From Candidatus Cloacimonadales bacterium (lineage in GTDB: Bacteria; Cloacimonadota; Cloacimonadia; Cloacimonadales; JAFGVF01): a stretch of DNA of 64,000 nucleotides. The notes under the pieces were generated by a model that saw only the letters and a list, made by a program, of their open reading frames with translations, was not told the DNA's origin and made no database searches. How positions within the stretch are numbered: the stretch's first letter is position 1; every line of letters begins with the position of its first letter. The stretch is from contig CAXXJV010000001.1 of the NCBI GenBank assembly GCA_963663475.2, positions 1,760,001 through 1,824,000 of the forward strand, in the 5' to 3' direction. A program made the position numbers and the translations under genes. Below, one piece after another: positions 19,906 through 29,552 of this stretch.

Positions 19906-20814
19906 ATGAAAACTATTAAACCAGAAATCTTAGGGGTAATAGCTATCTCAATAGCCGCCATTGCTTGGGGACTTGATGGTATTGCCCTTACCCCAAACCT
20001 ATATAATTTAGATGTTCCATTTGTAGTATTTATGCTACATGCAATTCCCGCTTTGCTCATGAGTCCCTTCTTTGCTTCCTACTGGAAAAGATTCTTTAAT
20101 TATAAATTCAGAGATATATTAAGTCTTTGGACACTTTCTTTTTTCGGAGGTGCATTAGGTACAATCTCAATAGTAAAAGCTCTGTTTTTAGTCCGTTTTG
20201 ACCATCTTTCAGTAATCGTAATTCTCCAAAAACTACAACCATTGTTTGCCATTATGCTAGCTATCTTGTTTCTTAAAGAAAGACCAAACAAGAAGTTTTG
20301 GTTATGGGCTTTACTGGCTATCCTGGGTGGATATTTCTTGACTTTTGAATTTCACCTACCCAACTTCTCAAAACAAGCTAATCTAATCCAAGCATCACTC
20401 TATTCATTATTAGCAGCTTTCTCCTTTGGAGCAGGTACAGTTTTTAGTAAAAAATCCTTGAGCACTTTGAATTTTAAGGAAGTAACTTATTTTCGCTACT
20501 TTTTTACAGCTCTTTTTGTGGGGATATTTGTCTTTGCTACTGGAAGAGAAGATAGTTTTCAAACTGTAACTAAAGTTAATTGGTTCTACTTCTTTTTAAT
20601 TTCTCTTACAGCTGGAGCAGGATCAATTTTCCTCTATAACTATGGATTAAAGCGTGTTAAGGCAATTGTTTCAACTATAGCTGAGTTACTTTTTCCAATA
20701 TCATCAGTGATTTTTGATTACCTAATTAATGGCAATAAACTCTCTTATATCCAAATAGTAAGTGCTGGCCTTATGGTATTTGCTATTATTAAAATATCCA
20801 AAGGAAAAAAATAA
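19906..20814 (+). CDS. EamA/DMT family transporter
   Basis: About 10 TM segments in two EamA repeats (LQKLQPLFA..LFLKER). Confidence 0.88.
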   Translation: MKTIKPEILGVIAISIAAIAWGLDGIALTPNLYNLDVPFVVFMLHAIPALLMSPFFASYWKRFFNYKFRDILSLWTLSFFGGALGTISIVKALFLVRFDHLSVIVILQKLQPLFAIMLAILFLKERPNKKFWLWALLAILGGYFLTFEFHLPNFSKQANLIQASLYSLLAAFSFGAGTVFSKKSLSTLNFKEVTYFRYFFTALFVGIFVFATGREDSFQTVTKVNWFYFFLISLTAGAGSIFLYNYGLKRVKAIVSTIAELLFPISSVIFDYLINGNKLSYIQIVSAGLMVFAIIKISKGKK

Positions 20815-21081
20815 AGATACTTGTTTTTACTGTAATACAGTGGTCTATGCTCAACATTATTTAGCTTTAACTTTCTTTATAGTCTATTAGGCCTTATTTA
20901 GTTTATCATTAGGCGAGACTATAATAGATAAGTAATAGTGGCTTAGGCAAGACTTAGGAAATGCTAGATAGAGGCAAGGGAATTGAGATGAATGAATAAG
21001 ATTGACGAAATAATAGTGGTCAAATAATTGGTATTGACTATAATTTAGTAATGATATAAATAATAGATTAATGGAGGAAAG

Positions 21082-21312
21082 ATGTTAGATAAGAAAAGAG
21101 TGCAAGAAGTTCTTGATAAAGTGAGACCTTCTTTACAAGCTGATGGTGGCGATTGCGAATTAGTTAATATTCGTGAAGATAACGTAATTGAAGTGAGATT
21201 ACAAGGTGCTTGTGGATCTTGTCCTATGGCAACTTTAACTCTCAAAGCTGGTATCGAAAGAGTTCTTAAAGACGAGATACCTGAAGTTGAAGAAGTTGTT
21301 CAAGTAAGATAA
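21082..21312 (+). CDS. NifU-like (NfuA C-terminal) Fe-S carrier
   Basis: [11 protein letters not shown]...[17 protein letters not shown]. Confidence 0.92.
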   Translation: MLDKKRVQEVLDKVRPSLQADGGDCELVNIREDNVIEVRLQGACGSCPMATLTLKAGIERVLKDEIPEVEEVVQVR

Positions 21313-21381
21313 ATTTGACATAATTAAGATGTTTTATTTTTGTTAATCAAGAGTAAAACATCTTTTTTTATAGGAGTATAA

Positions 21382-22155
21382 ATGAGAAATAGAGATTTAA
21401 ATTTAGAGATAATTAGAATCCAGGAATTTATTAGAAAAATTTTACAAGAAAGTGGTCTTTCTAAATTAATCATAGGCTTATCAGGTGGTATAGATTCAGC
21501 TTTATCAGCTGCTTTAGCTGTAGAAGCAATTGGTAGCGAAAACGTAATCGGCCTAATGTTACCTTATAAAGATTCTTCTCAAGCTAGTTTTGCTGATGCT
21601 AAAGAAGTGGCTGACCATCTCAATATCAAATATCATAAAGTTGATATTACCCCTATGGTTGATTCTTATTTCTTAACCTATGATCCAGAGGCAAGCCCAC
21701 TCAGAAAGGGTAATTTAATGGCCAGGATGAGAATGATTGTTCTCTATGATTATTCTGCGAAATATGGGGGATTAGTGGTTGGAACTGGCAATAAATCAGA
21801 ACTTTTAACAGGCTATTGTACCCAGTATGGAGATTCTGCTTGTGCTTTTGAACCTATAGGTCATCTCTATAAGAGTGAGGTATGGGAGATGGCTAGAATG
21901 CTAGGCCTACCTAACAGCGTTATTGACAAGAAACCGACTGCTGACTTATGGTCTGACCAAACAGACGAACAGGAAATGGGTATTACTTACCAAAAATTAG
22001 ACCAAGTATTGTTTTTAAAATATGAGCTAGGCTTAAGTAAAGCAAAGTTAGCTGACTTAGGTATAAGTTCTCAAGAAATTGCAATAACAGATAATCTATA
22101 TAATAAATCAAAATTTAAAAGACAGATGCCACCTATGTTAGAGGAGATAGATTGA
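21382..22155 (+). CDS. nadE: NH3-dependent NAD+ synthetase
   Basis: GLSGGIDS, GNLMARMRM, GTGNKSE, KPTADLW and TDEQEMG motifs. Confidence 0.93.
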   Translation: MRNRDLNLEIIRIQEFIRKILQESGLSKLIIGLSGGIDSALSAALAVEAIGSENVIGLMLPYKDSSQASFADAKEVADHLNIKYHKVDITPMVDSYFLTYDPEASPLRKGNLMARMRMIVLYDYSAKYGGLVVGTGNKSELLTGYCTQYGDSACAFEPIGHLYKSEVWEMARMLGLPNSVIDKKPTADLWSDQTDEQEMGITYQKLDQVLFLKYELGLSKAKLADLGISSQEIAITDNLYNKSKFKRQMPPMLEEID

Positions 22156-23363
22156 GTTTTTTCAGTAAAAATAGATGTAAGATATGTAAAGAAGAAAAAG
22201 CAGTAAGGGAATGCCCAAGAAAAGGTTCTAGTATTGGTTGGTCATGTTGTAATAGTATGAGGTATGATATGAAATGCCCTGCTTCTTGCCAATACTACTT
22301 AGCACCTAGTGACAATCTGCAGTTCAATTTTAAAGCAGATTCACTCCAAGAATCAAATGATTTAGTCTTAAGACTTTTTGATATTTGGTCAATGTCTGTT
22401 CATCCAGAAATTGCAGATAAAGCACCTTTAGAATTAGCTCAAACTGAGGAAGGAAAAGCCAAATTAGAAAACTATTTCTCTAAGATAAAATTCTTAGATA
22501 CACTCCCTATAAATAAAATGAGAAGAAAACTAAAGCTTCCTCCTATCACTTTACCAACAATTAATGATTTTGAAAAAGCTGCAATTAACATAATGGATAT
22601 TTTGGTAGATCAAGATTGGCCAAAATTAGTTGATCAATTTTATCAAGATGACCAGCTAAAATCTCAAAAGAATATTGAGAAATTCATTAAGAGAAATAAA
22701 AAATTCAAGATGTTTAAAAAGATAAAAGACTTCCAGCTTGTTTCCTCTTCTTTAAATAAAGAAGCCAAAGAAGCTCTTATTCATTTTGATGTTAATAAAA
22801 AAGCTGATATTACTATAAACATGATACAGATTAATGAAGAGTGGAAACTTAAAAGTAGAATTATTGGAGATCCTCAGTTATTCTATGGAGAAGATACTGC
22901 TATTAAAAATGTTGCTGCTTTATTAAGTAAAAATGAAATGGAAGATGTCTTTAAATACCTCTACCAGTATAGTTTAATTTATCCAGATTCTGCTGATATT
23001 GAATATTATTGGGGACTATTCTACTCAATCTCAGAGAATATTAAAGAAGCCAGAAAACACTTCCAAATATCTTATATTCTAGATCCTAATTTTGCTGAAC
23101 CCCTCTATAATATAGGCTTCATTTATCAAGTTGAGAAGAAAAACGATAAAGCTAGAGAAATCTATTACAAGGTTTTAGAACTTGATCCTAATGAAGTTAA
23201 AACTATTAATAATCTTGCTATCTTACATATTGAAAAGCAAGAATGGAGACAGGCCTTGGATTATCTAGAAAAGTGTATGAAAATTAATCCAGATTATGAT
23301 ATTGCCCAAAAAAACTATGATATTGTTAAGAGACAATTGAAAGAAGAAGGCAAAGAAATCTAA
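22152..23363 (+). CDS. Tetratricopeptide-repeat protein with N-terminal Cys-rich (Zn-finger-like) region
   Basis: CKIC...CP...CC...CP.SC.Y at the N-terminus and TPRs at the C-terminus. Translationally coupled TTG start. Confidence 0.75.
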   Translation: MSFFSKNRCKICKEEKAVRECPRKGSSIGWSCCNSMRYDMKCPASCQYYLAPSDNLQFNFKADSLQESNDLVLRLFDIWSMSVHPEIADKAPLELAQTEEGKAKLENYFSKIKFLDTLPINKMRRKLKLPPITLPTINDFEKAAINIMDILVDQDWPKLVDQFYQDDQLKSQKNIEKFIKRNKKFKMFKKIKDFQLVSSSLNKEAKEALIHFDVNKKADITINMIQINEEWKLKSRIIGDPQLFYGEDTAIKNVAALLSKNEMEDVFKYLYQYSLIYPDSADIEYYWGLFYSISENIKEARKHFQISYILDPNFAEPLYNIGFIYQVEKKNDKAREIYYKVLELDPNEVKTINNLAILHIEKQEWRQALDYLEKCMKINPDYDIAQKNYDIVKRQLKEEGKEI

Positions 23364-24472
23364 TGGATTTAAAATATCTTAAATATGCTATTAAACTAGC
23401 TGAAAAGGCCAGAGGAAAATCTTCTCCTAATCCCTTTGTAGGTTGTGTAATTGTAAATAATGAAAAAATTGTTGGCCAAGGTTTTACACAACCATGGGGA
23501 CAGGACCATGCCGAAGTTCAAGCTTTGAAAGAAGCTAAGAATAATGCCCAGGGGGCTGATCTTTATGTTACCCTTGAGCCATGTTCCCATTATGGTAAAA
23601 CCCCTCCCTGTGCCAAAGCAATTATAGAAGCTGGAGTGGCAAGAGTTTTTATAGGAATAAAAGACCCAAACCCCCAAGTTTCAGGTAAAGGCATTGCAAT
23701 GCTGGAAGCTGCAGGTATTGAAGTTAAATATAATCTCCTTGTAGCTGAAATTAAACAACAATTAGAATATTTCTTAACCTATATTCAAAATGACAGACCT
23801 TTTGTCTTTATTAAAAGTGCTGTTTCAATCGATGGAAAGATAGCAGATGATCATGGTAACTCCAAGTGGATAACTAACGCAAAATCAAGAGAAAGAGTCC
23901 ACCGCTTAAGAGCAGAAGCTGATGCAATTATTACAGGGGTTGCCACAGTTAACCAAGATGATGCAATGCTTAATGTTAGGTTAAAAGATTATAAGGGTAA
24001 AAACCCTATTAGGATAGTCTTAGACTACGATTTAGAAATAAATCTAACTAGCAAACTTCTTGCTAGCGCAAGGGAAATCAAGACAATTATTTATACAAAT
24101 CATCCTAACCTGCTATCAGAAAAAGCACAGTCTTTAAAAAACCATAATATAGAAATTAGAAGTAGTAAGAGTCAAGCTGGGAAATTTATTATCAAAGATA
24201 TTTTAAAAGAACTTAAAGCTGAATATATTTCTGTAGTTATGGTGGAAGCAGGACCTAGACTTGTCTCATCTTTTGTTAAAGAAAATCTGGTAGATAAACT
24301 CTATTACTTTATTGCTCCATGTCTGATCGGAGGTGGAAATTCTGCTTTTAAGGATATTGGGGTTGCCAATATTTCTGCAAAAAAAGAGCTAAACTTATTC
24401 TCTTCTGAAATTATTGATGGAGACATACTTTTGGTTTATTACTTTAATAAGAATAAGCTAGTAGAGCTTTAA
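23363..24472 (+). CDS. ribD: Riboflavin biosynthesis deaminase/reductase RibD
   Basis: PNPFVG, HAE, VTLEPCSHYGKTPPC, SIDGKIA and VEAG motifs. Confidence 0.95.
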   Translation: MDLKYLKYAIKLAEKARGKSSPNPFVGCVIVNNEKIVGQGFTQPWGQDHAEVQALKEAKNNAQGADLYVTLEPCSHYGKTPPCAKAIIEAGVARVFIGIKDPNPQVSGKGIAMLEAAGIEVKYNLLVAEIKQQLEYFLTYIQNDRPFVFIKSAVSIDGKIADDHGNSKWITNAKSRERVHRLRAEADAIITGVATVNQDDAMLNVRLKDYKGKNPIRIVLDYDLEINLTSKLLASAREIKTIIYTNHPNLLSEKAQSLKNHNIEIRSSKSQAGKFIIKDILKELKAEYISVVMVEAGPRLVSSFVKENLVDKLYYFIAPCLIGGGNSAFKDIGVANISAKKELNLFSSEIIDGDILLVYYFNKNKLVEL

Positions 24473-24610
24473 AACAGCACTATATTCTTCTGCAAAAGTA
24501 AGATCCATAGTTTCTCCGAATATATAAAAAATATGCGTCCAAATTCTGTAAGCTAATATGCTAAAATAATCTGCACTCTTCAATAAAGTTCTACTAGACT
24601 ATCTGGTCTG
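24444..24610 (+). repeat. Element D (~170 bp, terminal inverted repeats), filling the gap between two convergent genes
   Basis: Interior near-identical to 49696-49865 and 59738-59906. The ribD and SpoIID stop codons lie within its ends. Confidence 0.85.
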
Positions 24611-25858
24611 AAACAAAGACTCTAATTGATCATCTGTTTCTGAATCAAAGAAATAGTCTTCTGTAATATCACATCCTGGATAGTAGTGCTTGATAATCCT
24701 ATCATATTTCCAGCCAGCATAAGATTTTAAATAGCCTCCTGATTGACAGAAACCTACACCATGTCCATAACCCTTGCCTGTTATAATTAGCTTATTTCCC
24801 GAAGTTTCAATGATTGCCAGAGTTGAAGGTATTCTTCCTAATAAAGACCGTATTCTATCTTGAGAAGTTATAGTCTTTTTACCTTGAGATGTAGAAAAAG
24901 TTAGCTTACTTATCCTGCCAGAAGCATCTCTTTTATCAACATTGGCAGAATAAATCCTTCCATATCCTAATTTGTTGCCTATAGATTGTAAGGAGATAGT
25001 CCTTTCCCACTGATAATTCTCTTTAATCCAATTCGGTAGCTTATCATAATATTTATAGACCTTGCTAGGCTTTGTCTTAATCCAATCTTTTACATTACTA
25101 TAATTTGTCATATCTTTACCTTTCAGGTAATCAACATCAGCTTTATCTGTCAGATAAGGATAACCTTTTCCTCCCCAAACGTCTTCAACGTTAGCCAAAA
25201 ATCCCCCTCCATATGAGTTAAATGGAGTAAAGGCTACTTGGTCTTGATATGTAACTAGCATATAAGCGGTAGCATCACAGGCTGATATGACATTCTGAGG
25301 AAGTCTTTTCTTGGTATTAAATACTTGAGAATAAGTATCTGCTCTTAAATCCCAGGGGTAAGAATTATTCTTCATAGATTCATATATTGCATAAGAACGG
25401 GCGATAATTGCTTGTGATTTTAAGGCCTCAGCTGGAGCTCCAGAGCCAATTTCACTCATAACTACATAACGAGTATATGATTCTAAATTCATTAAATTCA
25501 TCACTGCTATTTTTCCCTTGTGATCTCTTATATGTATATCGCCAGAGAAACTTTGCTTACTGTTTCCTGCTAAAGAAAAGTTACTAGTTAGGGAAATCTC
25601 AAACTTATAGGCGAGGTCTGTTAAACTTTTGCCAGCTAAAGAGACTTTTACTTTACCATTTCTTTGCTTAGTAATATCTAGTTTCTTACTTTGATACTCT
25701 TGGCCATTGATGAAAATGAGACCATCTGTTGTTAGACTAATTTGATTATCAAGCTTAACTAAAATCTTTAAATATACTTCATTCTCAACCATCATGTAGG
25801 AGAAGAGGAGGGGAATAGTCATTAACATAGCAATAGAGATTAGTATTCTTTTTAGCAT
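24599..25858 (-). CDS. SpoIID/LytB-domain peptidoglycan hydrolase
   Basis: LESY...VVMSE, EALKSQAIIARSYA and GKGYGHGVGFCQ motifs. Likely start is ATG 25858 after AAGGA. Confidence 0.88.
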   Translation of the reverse strand: MLKRILISIAMLMTIPLLFSYMMVENEVYLKILVKLDNQISLTTDGLIFINGQEYQSKKLDITKQRNGKVKVSLAGKSLTDLAYKFEISLTSNFSLAGNSKQSFSGDIHIRDHKGKIAVMNLMNLESYTRYVVMSEIGSGAPAEALKSQAIIARSYAIYESMKNNSYPWDLRADTYSQVFNTKKRLPQNVISACDATAYMLVTYQDQVAFTPFNSYGGGFLANVEDVWGGKGYPYLTDKADVDYLKGKDMTNYSNVKDWIKTKPSKVYKYYDKLPNWIKENYQWERTISLQSIGNKLGYGRIYSANVDKRDASGRISKLTFSTSQGKKTITSQDRIRSLLGRIPSTLAIIETSGNKLIITGKGYGHGVGFCQSGGYLKSYAGWKYDRIIKHYYPGCDITEDYFFDSETDDQLESLFQTR

Positions 25859-25887
25859 AGATGTATCCTTTAACAAGATTATAATTC

Positions 25888-25916
25888 TTTATAATTAACT
25901 TGTTAAAATATGTCAA
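25888..25916 (-). promoter_or_regulatory. Sigma70 promoter of the SpoIID-like gene
   Basis: TTGACA-17-TATAAA on the minus strand. Confidence 0.65.
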
Positions 25917-25993
25917 GAGATTAACTTACTTATCAAGTAATAATTCTTTTTAGAACCAGTGGGTTATTACCCACTGGTTGTTATAGTTTTATG

Positions 25994-27091
25994 TTAAAAG
26001 GATTTTTTAATCTCATCCCATTCTTTAAATCGATGAAGGAAAACTAAATCCTTATCATGGAGAATGTGCTTAGCATTAGTGAATCCTAACTCAATTGCTA
26101 GTTTAAGGAATCTGAAAGCATATTCTTTATTTTCTAATAAGGCAAAACCACAAGCAAAATCATAAAGATAATAATTCTTAAAATTACTAGTCTGATAAGA
26201 ATCAAAAAACTTGATAGCTTGTGTAAGAGATTTTTCTTTAAAGAGAAGATTATAAGCTTTAAGAACTAAATTAATAGTTTTGTTATAATCTCCATAGAAG
26301 CTTACGTATTCTCTTTGTCTGCTAAAACCACATTTCTCAGCTGTTTTGAATGAACCAATGTTATCTTTAGGACAATGCCAACCAATACTAGTGTAATTCA
26401 ATTCTAATGCATAGTTTATCATAGCAGTAATTGTCTTACTTGCAAAACCTTGACGTCTAAAATCATTGTCGGTATGGATTCCGATTTCACAATGATTCCC
26501 AGCTTTGCAATCTGAAAGGCTCCAACTAATTATCTTTTCTTGGTTTGATATGATTATTCCAAAGCCATTTTTTTCAAAGTTTGCATAATCTCCCCAATTA
26601 TTTATGACCCAATCTTTGACTTCTTTCATATTTGGAAGATTAAGTTTTGATTCAATCAATGGGGGAGATACTCTTTCAAGTTTAATATCATTAGGCAGTT
26701 TGATAGTTTTAGCTTTAGTGTTCTTTAAGTTGAGTAGATAGTGGTATCTCATCTCTTTACATAGTGGATGGCTACTGAATAAGTCATTTACATACTTTTT
26801 ATTATAATCACTTGTATAGATAGTAAACTCTTGCCTATCTTCAGTGATTCTTGGGGAAAGTAATGAAATATTTATCCAGCTTTTGAAATTAGCAAGATCA
26901 CCGGTTAAGTTACCAGAAATTATGATTCCTTCTGGTGTGAGCATAATTCCATATAAGGGGTTCTTAAGATTATCAAGATATATTTGACCAGGATTGTTTC
27001 CTGCAAGAACAGCCTTTCCACTAAGCTGCCAGGGAACATCTTCAAATAAATTAATTGCTCTAGTATATTCTGTCTTTTTTAACTTGTACAT
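25994..27091 (-). CDS. GNAT acetyltransferase with C-terminal TPR-like tail
   Basis: EIGIHT..DFRRQGFA and NIGSFKTAEKCGF (GNAT). YDFACGFA...AIELGF (TPR end). Confidence 0.85.
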   Translation of the reverse strand: MYKLKKTEYTRAINLFEDVPWQLSGKAVLAGNNPGQIYLDNLKNPLYGIMLTPEGIIISGNLTGDLANFKSWINISLLSPRITEDRQEFTIYTSDYNKKYVNDLFSSHPLCKEMRYHYLLNLKNTKAKTIKLPNDIKLERVSPPLIESKLNLPNMKEVKDWVINNWGDYANFEKNGFGIIISNQEKIISWSLSDCKAGNHCEIGIHTDNDFRRQGFASKTITAMINYALELNYTSIGWHCPKDNIGSFKTAEKCGFSRQREYVSFYGDYNKTINLVLKAYNLLFKEKSLTQAIKFFDSYQTSNFKNYYLYDFACGFALLENKEYAFRFLKLAIELGFTNAKHILHDKDLVFLHRFKEWDEIKKSF

Positions 27092-27099
27092 AGTTTCTC

Positions 27100-28776
27100 C
27101 TATCTGGCCCTAGACCACATTTTTTGGGTTATTAAATGGGGATTAGATTGAATATTATACTTAGAAAAATATCTGCAAATATTCTCAACATCTCTAAGGA
27201 GTAAATCATAAGCATAGGGGTTTATAGCCGGATTAACTGCCTGAGGGAAATCAATTATATAAGGTTCATTCTTGTGATAGAGAATATTATAGTGGGATAA
27301 ATCTCCGTGAACAATATTATTTCTTAGCATTATTTTTATGAATTCCATTATCTTGTCATAGACTTTTTTAGCCTGCTCAAGCGACAAATGAGTATCTTTA
27401 AGTAACAGAGAAGATTCATCTTCAGACCCTAGAAACTCCATAATCACCGCATCTTCAGTATAGGCAAGAGGTTTGGGAACATTAACACCTAGATAATAAA
27501 GAGTTTCTAAGGTGTTGAACTCGTTAGTAACCCAAGAAGACCTTTCAGCTAGCTGGCCCATAGTTGACTTATTTTTAATAGCTCGCAGCAGTCGCTTATC
27601 CCAAATTCGACCAATATGATAAACCCTATCTCGCTTAAAGTTACGAAATTTCTTCTCTCGATATAACTTAATTGCTAAGTATGCAAAAGGCATATCTTTG
27701 TGAGCTTTAGCACAAATAACACTTGCTTCTTTCCCTTGTTTTACTAATCTTATAATTTCAGTAATAAGATTATCCTGATAAAAGTCGTTACAGGAATCTC
27801 CATACCTCATCATATCTGTTTTCATTATATTAGTTGAATTATGGTGTTTTAAGAAAATATTCTCCAAGAGATTAATCTTATCGGGATGACAGGATATGAC
27901 TTCATCCTTGTTAAACTTCTGTCCTAATTCACTCATGAATCCTAAACAACAAACAGTTACATAGAAGTTTAGGATTTCAAGTTCTTCTTTGTCTAGCTTA
28001 TACTCTTCAATCATAAAGTCAATATAATCGGTATCACTTTCTTGAGCAAGCAGTGCCATTTTAGTAAGGGCTAAATGGAAGATTTTGTCTCCAAAGCATA
28101 CTTGATCAATATCAACAATACCTGTGAATTTTCCTTGATGAAGGAGGACATTTTTAGTTGTAAGATCATCAAGGAAAGCTTTAGGCTTGATTTTAGAGAA
28201 GTAGAGGTCAAACTTCCCAAGTTTAGCAAGCAGAAGGTCAGAATATTTTGAATCAAAAATATTGTTTTGATTAATTAACTTCTTTGATTTCATTATTGAG
28301 TCGTAGATTACTTGCTTCCAAGAAGTATTTTCTTGTAAGGTCTCATCATGATACTTGTTAGCATAGCCAAAAAAATCATTTGGTTGGAGTAGGGAAATAG
28401 TAGTTTGAATATCAACTATTTCTCTGGCAAGCTTCTCTTTTTCTGAACCTGTTAATGAATCATAAACATAAGCTAAATCTCTACCTTGCAATTTACTAAT
28501 TATCATATAAGGTTGGTCAATCTCTAAGTTATAATGATATAAATCTGGTATAGGTAATTCTAGATTTGATAAGTACTTAAGCCAATAAACACCACTAGCT
28601 ATCAAGTTTTTACTTTCTTGACTAGCAATCCTAATGACTAGGTTGTCTCTTTCATAAAAACTAATGTCATATACATAATGACACAAGCCAGTTTCTAATC
28701 TTTCAATTTCTTTAATTTCTTCATTGTAATGCTTCTTTATATATTTTTTTGCTAATTCTATATAGCTGGTATTCAC
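27100..28776 (-). CDS. Fusion of an APH-type phosphotransferase and a RIO1-family kinase
   Basis: N-half: LDDLTTKNVLL...GIVDID. C-half: KQGKEASV, AIKLYR, HGDLSHYNIL, IIDFPQAV. GTG start after GGAGG. Confidence 0.85.
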   Translation of the reverse strand: MNTSYIELAKKYIKKHYNEEIKEIERLETGLCHYVYDISFYERDNLVIRIASQESKNLIASGVYWLKYLSNLELPIPDLYHYNLEIDQPYMIISKLQGRDLAYVYDSLTGSEKEKLAREIVDIQTTISLLQPNDFFGYANKYHDETLQENTSWKQVIYDSIMKSKKLINQNNIFDSKYSDLLLAKLGKFDLYFSKIKPKAFLDDLTTKNVLLHQGKFTGIVDIDQVCFGDKIFHLALTKMALLAQESDTDYIDFMIEEYKLDKEELEILNFYVTVCCLGFMSELGQKFNKDEVISCHPDKINLLENIFLKHHNSTNIMKTDMMRYGDSCNDFYQDNLITEIIRLVKQGKEASVICAKAHKDMPFAYLAIKLYREKKFRNFKRDRVYHIGRIWDKRLLRAIKNKSTMGQLAERSSWVTNEFNTLETLYYLGVNVPKPLAYTEDAVIMEFLGSEDESSLLLKDTHLSLEQAKKVYDKIMEFIKIMLRNNIVHGDLSHYNILYHKNEPYIIDFPQAVNPAINPYAYDLLLRDVENICRYFSKYNIQSNPHLITQKMWSRAR

Positions 28777-28903
28777 TCTTCCTCCAGAGGATTATTCTGT
28801 TTTTTTCATGTATTATTTTAGATGAGTCTAAAATATTGTTAATTAGTATTTTTACGTGGATATTCTCAAGTATAACATTAAACTTCTTCATTCTTAATTT
28901 CAT
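28721..28903 (-). CDS. Small hypothetical protein, first ORF after the attenuator
   Basis: AAGGAG RBS upstream of the ATG. Overlaps the kinase start. No recognised homology. Confidence 0.4.
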   Translation of the reverse strand: MKLRMKKFNVILENIHVKILINNILDSSKIIHEKNRIILWRKSEYQLYRISKKIYKEALQ

Positions 28904-28937
28904 AATTTTTCTCCTTTTTTTGTTTGGTTATTAGACG

Positions 28938-29030
28938 AAAAAAGAGCCTTTGAAACACTGGTCCCAAAGGCTCAATTATCTAGCCTTGGGATTAGACACT
29001 TGTCCAATCCCAAGAAATTTATAATTTCAT
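28938..29030 (-). promoter_or_regulatory. Putative transcription attenuator with 3-codon uORF (MKL*)
   Basis: Hairpin at 28985-29014 and terminator stem at 28944-28973 with a U6 tract. Mutually exclusive pairing of 28982-28991 with 28962-28972. ATG AAA TTA TAA at 29030-29019. Confidence 0.65.
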
Positions 29031-29089
29031 TGATTATTTATTTATTTATTAAAACTACTTTAAAAAATAATCTACTAATAGAGATTGAA

Positions 29090-29131
29090 CTAAGTTAAAT
29101 TTGTTTCCTTTTTATTGTTTATTAAATTCAT
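29090..29131 (-). CDS. Putative leader peptide MNLINNKKETNLT
   Basis: GGAGG RBS 5 nt before the ATG, located between the TTGACA box (29185-29190) and the attenuator. Confidence 0.45.
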   Translation of the reverse strand: MNLINNKKETNLT

Positions 29132-29222
29132 ACATTCCTCCAAAAGTTTTATTTATATACCACAAAAGTATTTACTAAAATATTTGTCAAGTTATTTTGT
29201 CTTTCACCAGTGGAGAGTGTCA

Positions 29223-29309
29223 GGAGACTGTTCAAGTATCAAGCCACCTTCTTCAATAGTTTATCCTTAAAGAAGTCAATAATATTGCAAATCTTTAGGT
29301 TTTCTTGAC
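29223..29309 (-). repeat. Hairpin repeat C, copy 2
   Basis: Reverse complement matches 1111-1197. Confidence 0.85.
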
Positions 29310-29552
29310 TAATCTTCTTATATCTTCAAGGGATAATAGAGAGTACTCGCAAAACACTCCCTATGATACGATCAAAAGTGAGCACCATAAGTGCGAAGAG
29401 GGATGACTTTATCACTCTCTGCATCCCTTTAGGATATAAGAGGCATTATTCGGATATTAAAGGAGTTTCTCAGCAGACTTGAACTAATATCAAAATAATA
29501 GTTGACTAAAAATTTATTATATTTTTTAATAAAAAAAAATTTAGGCGGAGAT

